A stretch of DNA of 64,000 nt. Source: Octopus vulgaris (taxonomy: Eukaryota). A program made the translations under genes and the position numbers. Each line of letters begins with the position of its first letter. Position 1 is the stretch's first letter. The notes under the pieces are model-generated. The model worked only from the letters and a program-made list of their open reading frames with translations, was not told the DNA's origin and made no database searches. The stretch covers positions 99,076,001 through 99,140,000 of the forward strand of contig OX597822.1 in the NCBI GenBank assembly GCA_951406725.2. Direction: 5' to 3'. This document shows positions 22,723 through 36,000 of the stretch, piece after piece.

Positions 22723-24521
22723 AAGCGCAGAAACCTTTATATTTTGGGCACAAAGGCCTATCTTCAGAAGGAAGCAGTCCAACAGTTGGACAGCTGCTAC
22801 TAACCCAAATATTGTACACATTTCTTAGACTGATTCTCTCTGCCTTTGCACCTGAAATATAAATGTTTCTTTGAAAAACTTTCTGCCTTGTTAGAAGCTT
22901 TCTTTATTTCCCTTTTCTTTCATTTTCTACAGCCAAGGGTGTATCTTGTGTATCTGTACATATTACTGCCACATGTGTAGATCTTGTAGATAGTGTGCTT
23001 CTTTGCATTTTAATTTTATTATTTCAAATCTCAGTCTCACATTTCCACCTTTTTCCATGGACTACTACACTTTCCTACATCCATCTTTTGTCATTACAAT
23101 TCTGAGCATTCCTCAGAGTTTTGATGTTGTGTTACTGCACATGCATCCTACTTATGTTTCAGCTTTGACTGCTAGCTCTTTCCAATTCTCTCCCCTTACA
23201 CCTATCCAATATATATTAGTGTGTCTGTGTTATTGTTTGCATGTTGCTTTGTCCATTACATATTTCCTTATTTCTCACTTACCTCTTCCTTTACGTGTCC
23301 CAGCTTTCATTATTTTCCACCTATTTTAACTTATCTTTCTCTTACTATCATCTTTGATCAACTGTGTATGCATCACAATTTACTTCCTCCCACATCGTTC
23401 ATCTCCTACACTAACCATAATACATCCCACATGATTACTTCCTCATGTATTATTCAAACCACATCCCACACCACTTAGCACCACTTTCCACACTACTCAC
23501 TTTAGTCTTTCCACATTTTTCTTCCATTTACACCTTTCCACATTATGCCTTTCCTTCTTCATTTCGCAACCTTGATATTTCAGCCTCTTATTATTTCAAA
23601 TGCAACATCGCACTACAAATTAATTCACTGGAATTTTCTTTCCTTTTTACAAACTACTTTTGTATAGTATTGTGCAGCTATAAGACTGCTACAGCTAGGA
23701 CTAATTAGATATATGAAAACTGTCACAACTGCCCACTTCTGCTGTGCATTGTATAACTGGAAGCCTGGTAAGACTGAAGCCTGATAAGATATCTCATGGG
23801 TATTATAGTTGACCAATTCATTAGCGTTTTGTACAACTGGAGAATTGCTAAGATTACTCACAACATTGTTTAGATACATCGAAAAAATTGTAGCTGACCA
23901 ATTTAATAGTGAAGTTTATAACTGAAAGTCTGCTAAATCTAAAACTGATTATATAAAATATATAAAAGTTGACTGCATTAGTAATATATTTTATAATTGG
24001 TATTATTGAATTTAAAGCTAGTAGACTATGTATCAAGAAAATTGTAGATGGCTGTGCTGTAAGTGTATTCTATAACTGAAATTCTGTTTAATTTGACTAG
24101 ATATCTAAAGAGTTCTGTGACTGAAACTGATAATGGTAAGACCGCTCTTATATGTGTCAAGAGAGTCATTGCTGTTCTGTGTCAGTTATGTATTGTACAG
24201 CTGGAACACTGATAGGATTAAGAGTGATCGCTTAATCTAACAACAGGGAAACATCATAGTCATGGAAAAACTGAACTTAGATTAATTTATTTTTGACATC
24301 ATCATCATCGTCACCATCATTATCATCATCATCATTTCAGATAGGTTCCATCGAGAGGATGAAGGATGTTGTGAACTGCTTAGTGAAGGCAATGGGTGGT
24401 GAGAAAGCATAGTAAGGGTGATGGTTGAAGAAAGATGAGTGGTAAGAGTGGCACTGAAGTCACTAAATTAGAAAAACAGGAGTAATTGCACTTGTGATAG
24501 GATGTATGTATATATATATAT

Positions 24522-24889
24522 ATCATCATCATCATCATCATCGTTTAACGTCCGTTCTCCATGCTAGCATGGGTTGGACGGTTCGACCGGGGATCTGGGA
24601 AGCCAGAAGGCTGCACCAGGCTCCGGTCTTATCTGGCAACGTTTCTACAGCTGGATGCCCTTCCTAACGCCAACCACTCCGTGAGCGTAGTGGGTGCTTT
24701 TTACGTGCCACCTGCACTGGTGCCAGGCGGGGCTGGCAACGGCTACGGTCGGATTGGTGCATTTTATGGAAGCCAGTCGAGGCGGCACTGGCTTCGGCTA
24801 CGATTCGGATGGTGCTTTTTACGTGCCACCGACACGGAAGCCAGTCGAGGCGGCGCTGGCATCGGCCACAATTGGTGCATTTTATGGAA

Positions 24890-24893
<4 letters not shown>
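24522..24893 (-). mobile_element. RTE family 1 3'-UTR fragment
   Basis: (CAT)n followed by cgtttaacgtccgttctccatgctagcatgggttggacgg. Confidence 0.88.
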
Positions 24894-24920
<27 letters not shown>

Positions 24921-24925
<5 letters not shown>

Positions 24926-25201
24926 AGAGGATTTACCACTAAAAGTGGACAGCCTGTATACTAGAAACAGATGTCAAAATCGCCATTTTTGCGCTTTGGT
25001 TTTTTGCTGAATTTTTTCTTGAGAACACATTCTCCGTGGAAAATGGGGATTTTGACGTCTATTTCTAGTATACAGGCTGTCCACTTTTAGTGGTCAATCC
25101 TCTAAATTTTGCATGTAAAAAATTTTTAATCTTTGGAATTTTTAAAAATATACTAGACCACTGGTTTTAATTGATTAATATCAATTTCTACCCTAATTTA
25201 A

Positions 25202-25210
<9 letters not shown>
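24921..25210. repeat. Fold-back element between TA tracts (arms 24921-24990 / 25040-25108, then ~100-bp tail)
   Basis: aatttagaggatttaccactaaaagtggacagcctgtatactagaaa versus tttctagtatacaggctgtccacttttagtggtcaatcctctaaatt. Confidence 0.9.
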
Positions 25211-25251
<41 letters not shown>

Positions 25252-25564
25252 TTTAAATTTTTAATTTTTATCTAGTTTCAGCTCACAAGCTGTGGCCATG
25301 CTAGGGCACCGCCATTTAAATATATATATATATATAATTTTAAAATAGGATAAAATCTTCATAAGAATTTATCAAGTAGTTAGTGTGAAAAACCTCATAA
25401 GAGAAAAAAAATCTCTAAATTGTGTTTTTAAATTACTTGCTTTGAGACTTGCATTCGGTACGATAAGTTTATTTATTTTAGTAGTTTTAAGAGTCCCTCC
25501 TAGCATGTAGCATTTATGTGTAATAATGCCCTCTATATGATATAAATATATATGTATATATATG

Positions 25565-25627
<63 letters not shown>

Positions 25628-25796
25628 TACATACATAGAGAGAGAGGGAGGAGAAATGAGGATAGATAAATTTCTAATTCCCCCTCCCACACACATACTC
25701 CATAATACAATTGCATTCTCACCTGGCTTCTAACTCTTCACCCATTTGTTGTTTTACTTCTCAACCACTTCACTTTCTAACACATCTCTATATTTT

Positions 25797-25832
25797 TCTT
25801 CTGATGAAGGACTAATGTTTGAAAGGTTAAGA
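25797..25832 (+). ncRNA. Degenerate minimal type-I hammerhead ribozyme motif
   Basis: tctt-CTGATGA-aggac-taat-gttt-GAAA-gg-TT-aaga; stem II has G-U pairs and stem III is damaged. Confidence 0.55.
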
Positions 25833-26076
25833 CTCTTTCTGTTACTTTTAAGTGTTATGCTAATATGATATTTTTTAAGACTTGTCTCTCCTGTATTTAT
25901 CATTTTTCTTATTGTTCATTGCATTTGCAATAGCTAACTGGACAGACAAACAGGCAGATAGGTAGACAGATAGATAGATAGGTAGGTAGTTAGATAGACA
26001 GAAGAGAGAGAGAGAGAGAAATGTAGCAGTGTATCTGTGAGCTGGTGGTTGTAGCTTGCTAGTGATTGATCGTATA

Positions 26077-26286
26077 CAGGGGTCAGGGAACTTTTTTAAC
26101 CACTTACCCCAAAATATATCTGTTTATGCTGATATTAACCCCTTGATTCAAATAGAAGAAAATCATAGATAAGAGGGAACACATTTTTTTAATGTAATTT
26201 TGCTTATGCCTAATGAGTTCTCATTACCCCCAAGAATTTCATTTTTAACCAATTTGGGGTAATCTACCCCAGTTTGCTGATCCCTG
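26077..26286. mobile_element. hAT (Charlie-like) MITE
   Basis: TIRs caggggtcagggaac / gtttgctgatccctg; imperfect 8-bp TSD atcgtata/atctaata. Confidence 0.65.
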
Positions 26287-26430
26287 ATCTAATATGCTTT
26301 TGTATAGTAGCACGTGTTTGATATATATATATGGATAGTACTCTAGATGTAGGTCTTTGTAGAGAGTTAACAATTGCACATGTTGTTTTACTTCTCAACC
26401 ACTTCTCTTTCTAATCCGTCTCTATATTTT

Positions 26431-26466
26431 TCTTCTGATGAAGGACTAATGTTTGAAAGGTTAAAA
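26431..26466 (+). ncRNA. Second copy of the degenerate hammerhead motif within a direct repeat of 25748-25895
   Basis: tcttCTGATGAaggactaatgtttGAAAggttaaaa; repeat interrupted by a SINE B 3' fragment at ~26500-26655. Confidence 0.5.
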
Positions 26467-28623
26467 CTCTTTCTGTTACTTTTAAGTGTTATGCTAATAT
26501 ACTCTTTTTTTCTCTTTTACTCTTTTACTTGTTTCAGTCATTTGACTGCGGCCATGATGGAGCACCGCCTTTAGTCGAGCAAATCGACCCCGGGACTTAT
26601 TCTTTTGTAAGCCCAGTACTTATTCTATCGGTCTCTTTTGCCGAACCGCTAAGTGATATTTTTTTTAATCTGTCTCTCCTGTGAAGTGTTCCTTGAAGTT
26701 GTAGTTTTGTGAGATTGAAGAAGTTAATTGGATGTGAGAGGGAAACACACCAGTATATTTTTCCTTGAATCTCTACCTGGATATGATGAAGATGATAAAA
26801 ACCTTCATTTGCAAGTCAAAATCCAAGTAATTACATTTTATATCTAATATTTTTTCCCTCAGACACTTTATGCCCAAACTAAATTACGAAACAAATTAAA
26901 TTCTCCATCTTGTAATTTTTGTTCTTTCGCACTTTCATTTTATGCCAAACGCGGGACAAAGAGTTAACACAGAATTGAGGAGATAGTTTGATAAGTCAGT
27001 GACTGAATCTTTGGGTTTATCTTGTTACTTTTGTAGCAGCTTAGTTATAACGGATCAGGTGTCGCAAGATGTGGGGGATTTCAATTTTAAGATTTTTCCT
27101 CATTTCAAAACTCAATAACTTATCCAGTCTAAAGGTTAATTACTTAGAATTCAACAATAGCGCCAGGAAAGTTTTGCTGGTTAATATGTTGAATACTGGG
27201 TTATTATGCCGGCATGTCTAGGGAAGGATCAGAAAAATCCAATTTACAGCAAGAAATCCAATCGAATCATGTTAAATGTCAAAGTTAAGATAAAGGTTAT
27301 GTAAACATCCCTTCTGAGTTAATTGCTCTCTTCAATCATACAGGATGTTTGATATGGATAAAACGTTATAGAGTCATTAAAATACCTCCTCAGCTTATGT
27401 TGTTTAATCCAATATTTGTGCATACGATAGGCTTGACATTCAATAAAATCTTTATTTTCTTACCCTTTTGGAGGTGGCCAAGAAAGACACTTTCACGCAG
27501 AAAGTTTAGTTTACATTATCCAATATATAAATAGTTATTCACAAGACGTTTTTCATTTTCATTATTTCTGATGAAATCTCTTAAAATGGATGCTTTGATA
27601 AGTTAAAAGTGATGTCGACATTATTTCCCGATCAAAACTTCACGTTTTTTAAAGATTAACACTCCATGAAGATCTATCTCAGTAGATTTCTCATAGTTGT
27701 TGTTGAATATATTGTAAGAATTTTACTTTGGACAACTTCCATGTTACATCTGTTTCAGTGTTTACATAGTGATTCACTTATCGATAAATTCTTCTAAGAG
27801 ACAACTTTAAAGTAATCAAATTTAAAGAGGGTAGAGGCTGTCATTATAAAGTATCCATTTGTTTTATGAACTTCTATCGATGACATGAAATACTTCTATG
27901 GAAGATAAAAATTTGACTAATGGTTGTATGCTTATATAGATTTGAAGGAATGCATTTGATCAAGGTATAACGATAGAATGTAATTGCTCCTGACTTTTGA
28001 CAGACAAGATAAATTTTGGATTCTGATATGCGTACATTATAGAAATGGAAATTATTAGAAAATCACTAAAACCTAAACATAGCTATATCTTTGTTTTGAT
28101 ATACTTTTTCTTTATAAAAAGGTCACTGTGTCTGAAATGTAATCAAAATATTGTATATTTTAGATTGGGTAATATAAAAAAAAAACTGAAAAAATAATAT
28201 AGAAAACTGAAGAAGTATATATTACTTAGAAAAAAGTGGTTTTTATGTTATATTTATATACAGTTCATGGTTAATCAATATTCTATTTCCTGTTAGAATG
28301 TAAAAACAAAGAGAACAGAATAATTCACAAATAGTTTATTTTATTCTTAGCTTCAAAATCACATTGAACAGTTTGATTAGTAAACATAGCAGAAAACCTA
28401 ACCCAGTGCAAGAGGTGAAGGTTGATCTTGAACTTCGTATAGTTCTGCAGCTCTGATGGATTTAGACTTTTGTTGTAGTAATGTAATTCCTGAGACAAAT
28501 GGAGATCATGAGAAAGAGAGGAATAGGAACCATGACCAGGGAAACGGGTTAAACAAAATACACCAGATATGGAATAAATATATATTCTGATCCTCAGGAA
28601 ATCAATAGTAAGAAATGTGAGTG

Positions 28624-28671
<48 letters not shown>

Positions 28672-28673
<2 letters not shown>

Positions 28674-28882
28674 ATTAGAGACAAAACCACTATTATGCAC
28701 ATCAAACAAAATTATTAATTTATATAAATTTTTTTATGTATTGGATTAAGTCTTTCTTTGTTTGATTTGCATAATAGTGGTTTTGTCTCTAATTAATATT
28801 ATATAATATTTTACTATAAAATTGGATTCAATCATAAATCTGATTTTTCCCTGTAAATTTGGATTTATTCCCTAATATTTAT

Positions 28883-28890
<8 letters not shown>
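28672..28890. repeat. Fold-back element between TA tracts (arms 28672-28710 / 28757-28795)
   Basis: taattagagacaaaaccactattatgcacatcaaacaaa versus tttgtttgatttgcataatagtggttttgtctctaatta. Confidence 0.9.
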
Positions 28891-28951
<61 letters not shown>

Positions 28952-29151
28952 GAGAGAAAAGAGAGAGATAGAGAGAAGGAGAGAGGTTGTTTTGTGGAAC
29001 TCAATTTGAGAAAAGAAATTTAAAGATTCTCTTATGGAGATGTCCTATAACATTTATTACTATAGGCTCACAAATTGTAATAGAGTAGTTTTTCTCTTTG
29101 TCTCTGGACCAAAAATTCTAACATGGATGTATTGCTGTTGACAAAGAGTAT

Positions 29152-29367
29152 ACTCTTTACTCTTTTACTTGTTTCAGTCATTTGACTGCGGCCATGCTGG
29201 AGCACCGCCTTTAGTCGAGCAACTCGACCCCCAGGCTTATTCTTTGTAGGCCTAGTACTTATTCCATCGGTCTCTTTTGCCGAACCGCTAAGTTACAGAG
29301 ATGTAAACACACCAGCATCTGTTGTCAAGCGATGTTGGGGGGGACAAACACACACACACAAACATAT

Positions 29368-29412
<45 letters not shown>

Positions 29413-29542
29413 TACGACGGGCTACTTTCAGTTTCCGTCTACCAAATCCACTCACAAGGCTTTGGTCGGCCCGAGGCTATAGTAGAAGACACTTGCCCAA
29501 GGTGCCACGCAGTGGGACTGAACCTGGAACCATGTGGTTTGT
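29152..29542 (-). mobile_element. SINE B, nearly full length
   Basis: Matches the other copies. Confidence 0.9.
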
Positions 29543-29974
29543 GTGATGCCCACAACTCTTTCACAGGACTTCCAAGATTAGTAGGTGGGAAGCAGGGAAG
29601 GAAGAAGATATCTTCAAACCAGAAACCTAACCCAAATGCTTACAACAGAATGGATTCTGCTAAAGGCAGCCAACATGGTTGGTGGTGGTAATAAACCAGC
29701 CAACAGGTTAAGTCTATTCCTCCAAGTAGGCCAAAGTGGGATTTTGCTCAGAATGCAAAGAGCCTGGTGCAGCTTTCTGGCTTATCAGTTCCAGACAAAC
29801 TGTCTAACCCATGCCAGCATGAAAAACAGATGTTAAACGATGATGATACTGAGGCTGATCATGATGTTGATGATTATCATTTTAATTAAGTACCAGTGAA
29901 ACACTGTGGTTGATGTAATTGACTAGTCTCTTTTGCTAAAATTTCAGGCTTTGTGCCTTTAATAGAAAGGATTG

Positions 29975-30024
<50 letters not shown>

Positions 30025-30075
30025 CATCATTAATATTATTATTATTATTATCATTAATATCATTATTATCATTAA

Positions 30076-30130
<55 letters not shown>

Positions 30131-30133
<3 letters not shown>

Positions 30134-31213
30134 TAGTTTTATTTTTATAGCGTACTTTCACTTCACTACCGAGCGCAGCTCTGTGTGCCTTGGGTATGTG
30201 CTGTGATTTGTTGTGATGCTCTGATGGTTATTGTATGGAAAGTGTTCTGCGTAGGATGTGTGCAGTGCCTAGTAGTGCAATTTTCTGTATGTTATATGTG
30301 TTTGTAAGTCCTGGTGTTTTTGTTATGTATTTGTCTGAATATTTTTTTATCATGCCTAATGCACCTACTATGATAGGAATTGTTTCTGTTTTCAGATTCC
30401 ACATTCTAGTTATCTCTATTTCCAGGTCTTTGTATTTTGAGAGTTTCTCCATTTCTTTTAGAGACACGTTGTCATCTGCCGGTATTGATACATCAATTAG
30501 AAAGCATTTTTTTTTCATGATCTCTGACAACTATATCTGGTCTGTTGGCCTTAATTTCTCTATCTGTGTGTATCGGCATATCCCAGAGTATGGTTGCTTT
30601 CTCGTTTTCTGTGACCTTTTCTGGTGTGTGCCTATACCATCTTTTTTCTGTTGTTATTCCATAATGTTGGCATAGCTTCCAATGTATATAGGTTCCAACT
30701 CTGTCATGTCTGTGAATATATTCCTTCTTAGCCAGGACTGGGCAGCTAGAGATAATATGATTTATATTATGTCCATCTCCACATATTCTGCAGTTACTTG
30801 TAATATTTCTTTTCATTACATGTTTTTGGTAATTTCTGGTGGGGAGGCTTTGGTCTTGTGCTGCAATTAAAAATCCCTCTGTTTCTGCTTTGAGTCCTGA
30901 GCTTCTCAACCATTGCTGGGATTTTTCTTTGTCTATTTCTTTTGCGTTTAGTTTAGTCCAGTATTTACCATGAAGGGGCTTTTCTTGCCATCGTTTTATC
31001 ATGGTTCGTTGCTGTTCTATTTTTAGTTTGGATTTCATTTGTTTTATAGCTTTTGTTGTTTCTTCATCTTCTTCTTCTTCTTCTTTTTCATGTTTATTAG
31101 GTGGTATGATTTCTTGTTTGTATTTGTCAGCTTCCTTAAATACTGAGTACAGTTTTTTGTTTTGCTTGTGTTTTGCCGCTATCTGGATCAGTTTTCCTTC
31201 CTTCTGAAGTAGA
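30131..31213 (-). mobile_element. R4/Dong-type non-LTR retrotransposon 3' portion (zinc knuckle plus restriction-like endonuclease) in (TAA)n
   Basis: ETEGFLIAAQDQSL, CRICG..HIISSC, YIHRHDRV, ILWD..IHTD..IKANRPDIVV, LIDVSIP, EKLSKYKDL, PIIVGALG; one frameshift near 30510; (TAA)n on both flanks. Confidence 0.9.
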
Positions 31214-31270
<57 letters not shown>

Positions 31271-31285
31271 CATTATTATCATTAA

Positions 31286-31342
<57 letters not shown>

Positions 31343-31519
31343 CATTATAGAGTGAGAGAGTAGTGCATGCCATCCGAATGACATTGTGTGTGACTGTGAC
31401 TGTGACTGTGAAATATGTTTTAATTTCATTATGTCAGAGATAAATTTTGATAAATCTGATAAAGTCGATTTCTTGGATGCGCTTTGACCACAGTCTATGG
31501 GTCGTTGTCATGTGTTCTG

Positions 31520-32822
31520 GTAATTAGCAGATCCAGCACATTGAGACTGTAGGGCATGATATGTTTAATACCATGTATGCTCTCCCTGGGTGTTCAAAGC
31601 TGCCAGACACCATCGGTACATGGAGTGCATGAAGCATTTCACAGAAGCCATTGGTATCTGTGCCCACACCCTGAGGAAAGCTGCCTCCAGTTCCACACAA
31701 GCTGTTGGCCTTGGGACCACTTTGTTTAGCCATCTCTGGATTTCATACCACAGGTGTTCAATTGGGTTTAAATCCAGGTTGAGAGCCAATCACGGCATGG
31801 TTCTGATGTTGTGCTGATGGAGAGAGTTCATGGGGACCCTGGCCATATGGGAGGGAGCATTGTCCTGCTGGAACACGTGGCTATGGCTATGTGCAAAGAA
31901 GGGCACGAAGCGAGCTCTTAAGATCTGGTCAACCTAGTGCTGCACAGTGATGCCATTCCCTCTGCCTGTACCAACATTTTGGAACACATGGGGCCCAATT
32001 CTCTGATTCAGGTCTATAGCACCCCAAATCATGATACTTTGGCCACCTCATGCATCTCTGTAGCATTCACCCCTCCTATGCCACACCCTCTCTCTCCCAT
32101 CTGAGGTGCTAACACAGTACTAGCTCTCATCAGAGAAGACTATCAACCTCCATTGTTGATGCTGCCAATGTTGGTGCTGTGCAGCCTACTGTAGTCATGC
32201 TTGATGGTGGCGGGTGGTGAGGACAGACCCTTGAGCAGGACAACAGCAATGAAGGTTGTTAGTGGCCAGTTGATGTCGTACTGTTTTGTCGTTGATGGGT
32301 CGCTGTCCAGTGCCAATGGTCACATGAGTAGTCACACTGGTCAGTCTGAAGTGGTCACAGAAGTGTTGCAGGTGGATGAAGTGGTCCTCTCTAGCTGTGG
32401 TCACTCAGGGGCGCCCTCTGCAAGTATGGTCTGCAGTGCTGTTGATGCTGTTGTATAGCTGTTGCAGGCGATAGATGGTGCTGACATGGACATTGTAAGC
32501 TTTCATAACAACCAGGGCATGCTGCAATCAGCTGATAGCTTGTTCTCCTTGTGCTGCTGTCAATCAGGTCATACTTGATGTGTCCAAATTATGAATGCCA
32601 GGAACATGGTTCAAGTTGATTTTTATACCCATAACCTCCACGAGATGCACGTGCATTTTGATCTTCATGACATTTGTTTGTGACTGCCACCCACGACATT
32701 CAACATAGCTGTGTTTTGGTGTCCTGTTTCAGGGAAAGTTGAAAGGTTACCTGCAATTTAGGTCTAAGCCATAAACCATATAAAAAGGATATTTGAAATC
32801 GCATTTCTTTCGCAGTTCAGTG
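31520..32822 (-). mobile_element. Decayed Tc1-like transposon
   Basis: Minus-strand fragments DLNPIEHLW, FQQDNAPSH, TTAREDHFI; right end reads TA|CACTGAACTGCGAAAGAAATGCG on minus; left TIR not found. Confidence 0.8.
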
Positions 32823-32824
32823 TA

Positions 32825-33139
32825 TGCAAAGCCCAATATACCCATCATGACTACCTGTCTGATAAGAGTACACCAGGTACATGCATCACAACCATATATG
32901 CACGACATGGTGATTTTATATCAAGATAAACAGCACATGAACTTGCAGGTAGGGCCCAGCTAGAATTTTCTTCAGGTCAAGTAGCCCATCCACCTCAAAA
33001 GGTCTCTGAATAAGGGTTGATTAAGGATGTTGAATAAAACACCCATGTTTCCAGAGGTGAATTATTCAAACCCCAAAGAATTCTCTGAACACATGGCTAT
33101 GATGCTCCCCAACCACTTCTGCTTGTGACCAGAGATGCA

Positions 33140-33140
<1 letters not shown>
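32825..33140. repeat. Unclassified interspersed repeat adjoining a TAA tract
   Basis: Complex GC-richer segment between the Tc1 end and (ATT)n; possibly continuous with 31348-31390 before the Tc1 insertion (inference). Confidence 0.4.
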
Positions 33141-33208
<68 letters not shown>

Positions 33209-33334
33209 CTTCTTCTTTCAAATTTGCTTCCATTTCTTGCCGAGTGTTTTCCCGACTCCTAGGGCAAAGAAACTCATAGTATATATTGGTAGGCCATTAA
33301 ACTAAACTCAATAGTTTGTTCATTTTTTTTATTA

Positions 33335-33381
<47 letters not shown>

Positions 33382-33899
33382 TCATTGTTGTTTTGTTTTA
33401 TACGAGCTGTCTCATCATCATTATTGCTTCTTGATGTACATCAACACAAGGTGTTCTTAAATTTTTTTTTGATAAGAAGTGAATATATTTTAATCAAATA
33501 AAGCAAAAACAAAACAAAACAAAAAAAAAACAAAAAATTCTTTTGTTTCATCTAAAGAAAATTTTAAAAGATTTCTGTAATTTGTTTGAAAAACTTGACC
33601 CTAATGTCATATTCTTCAAAGCATCCAATTCTTTTTACTGATCAGTTAATTAATCACTGCAGCACCTCAGTAAGTAATATTCTGAAGAAAATAAACATTC
33701 TTTGTTTATCATAGACAGTTTTTCATTTAGCAAGATATTAAAAATAGCTGCCCATGTCATCTGTCTCAATTTCTTGTTCTCTCACCCTGTCTCTCACATT
33801 GCTAACTCTTTGACTCTTCCTTTCTCCTCTCCTTCCCTGGTATCAGCCACCCTCGTTATGCCCCCACATTTCCCTCAACCTAACACTTTTTGCACCCTT

Positions 33900-34092
33900 C
33901 TCATTTTATCATATAATAGCCCAACCCCCATAGGGGGCTCATTATCAATTTTAATTGAAATTCTATTAGCCTATAGTTGAACTGGATGTTACTTTAACAT
34001 GTATGCAAAGGTTTCATGAAGATTGGTTTGCTGGTATAGGCAGCAAAATGTTAACAGACAGAAAGACAGAAATTGCCATTTATATATAAGAT
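33900..34092 (-). mobile_element. Non-autonomous Helitron 5' fragment
   Basis: Minus start A|TCTTATATATAAATGGCAATTTCTGTC resembles the start of the 55380-55651 element; shared aa.gtttcatgaagattggtt motif. Confidence 0.55.
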
Positions 34093-34172
34093 ATATACAT
34101 ATATATATATATATTTATATATAAATACATACATACACACACACGCACATGCACATATATATATATATACAC

Positions 34173-34219
<47 letters not shown>

Positions 34220-34314
34220 CACACACATATATATGTATTATGTGAATGTGTGAGTGTATTTGTGTAGACCCTTGTCTAGATATCATGTGATAGTTGTAAA
34301 TGTGCATCATCATC

Positions 34315-34351
<37 letters not shown>

Positions 34352-35736
34352 CTTCTTTCAGTTTCTGTCTACCATGCCCATTCACATGGTTTTGGTTGGC
34401 CTGGGTCTATAGTAGAAGACATTAGGCCAAGATGCCATCCAGCAGGACTGAACCCAAGACCACATGATTAGGAAGCAAACTGTATAAAATACCCAGCCAC
34501 TCCTACACTTATAAGCGATCACTGTGCATTGACTAAGATAAATAGTCTTATACTAGAGCATATAAGCCCTTGATTGAAAAAAGTAGGGGTGTCCTTATGT
34601 GTGGGACTTGAACCCACACTTCTATGTTTTCATAAGTGTGCTACCATTACACCAATGTACTTCTAGCTTCTTTCTGTCAGATTTAAGAACTATAATTTCA
34701 TAGTGTTGTTTTGTAAACAAACATATGTGAGCATGCATATGTATACACATTTGTGTATGTGTGTGTGTGTGTGTGTATTATTTATATTTTCCTTTCATCT
34801 CTAATCTCCAGGACTAATTTGATAATCTTGTAAGCTCAGTGAAAAATGCTTTTAGTTTTTCCAAGAGCCAGGAAGTAAAGTGTAAGGTCTCTCTTTCTTA
34901 TCATTTTTTTGAGATCAGGAAGAAAGCAAAGCTGGTAATGTGGTAAAACATTAACCGCTTTATTGAAGAAGAACAGAAATAGCAGAAGCAAATTTATCAG
35001 CATTTATAAATCAAAACTGAAGATACAAAATGCAAAAAAAAAAAACAAACAAAAAAAAAAAAGAAATAAAAAAAAACAAATCACTTGGAAGAGTCATGGA
35101 CAAAAGAAGATGAACATTAAAACTGAAATGGAAGAGATAATATTCAGCATGAAAAATTGCTGGGAATTAAGCAGTTGTTCTCCAGCTTCTAGTGAAATAT
35201 TTCTCATGGATACATGTGTTATAAAATAGGAAGCTGTGTAAAAGCTGAGTATTTGCTGATTTAAGATCGATAGGAAGAACTCTGTCTATTTTTCTGTGTT
35301 GGAAGAAAGATTATTGAAGAAATATTTAGCGTAGTCATTCAGAAAAATTAATAATGGCGGTACCCCAGCATGGCCACAGCTCGTGAGCTGAAACTAGATA
35401 AAATTTTTTAAAAATAAATAAAAAATTTCATTATCAATTCGGTAAATTTCTCTCTGTAAGGTCATTGGCTTTCCCTGAAAGATTAAGTGGAGAAATCCTG
35501 CATGTGTGAGCACAAATGTATAATTACATACATATATACATACACCCATGCATGCATGTGTACACACACACACACACACACACATTTATACACAAACACA
35601 TACATAGACAGGGACATCTACATATATACATTGTCTGAAGGTTGATTAAGTGAAACTTAGTTTGTGAAGGTTTCCAGCTTCAATAAAAGAAGTTATAGAT
35701 ATTGAATGTATATATATACATATACATATATATATA

Positions 35737-36000
35737 CTAGCAGAGATACCCGGCGTTGCCCGTGTTACATACAATTGAAGAATTAGACTTTTCTGTTATA
35801 TTTTCTATGATGAACTGGAATATCTATGTTTTGAATTTCATCAAAATTGCAGATGAGAGTTATTTCCCTCTTTATACCCCCCCCCCAAAAAAAAAAATTG
35901 TAATCGTGCCACATATATCCCACACTACTGATTTTTATGCACATATTCCAAAATTCCAATCTTATTGAAGCTCTTAAAAAGATTTTGCTCCTGAAAAATG
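35737..36000 (-). mobile_element. Helitron 3' end (extent uncertain, may run to ~37030)
   Basis: Minus reads cacgggcaacgccggg hairpin-like segment then tatctctgCTAG|T. Confidence 0.6.

Noticed and set aside
23690-24250. Faint periodicity (tgtataactgga-like words)
   Set aside because: Could not define a unit or period by eye; needs Tandem Repeats Finder or a dot-plot
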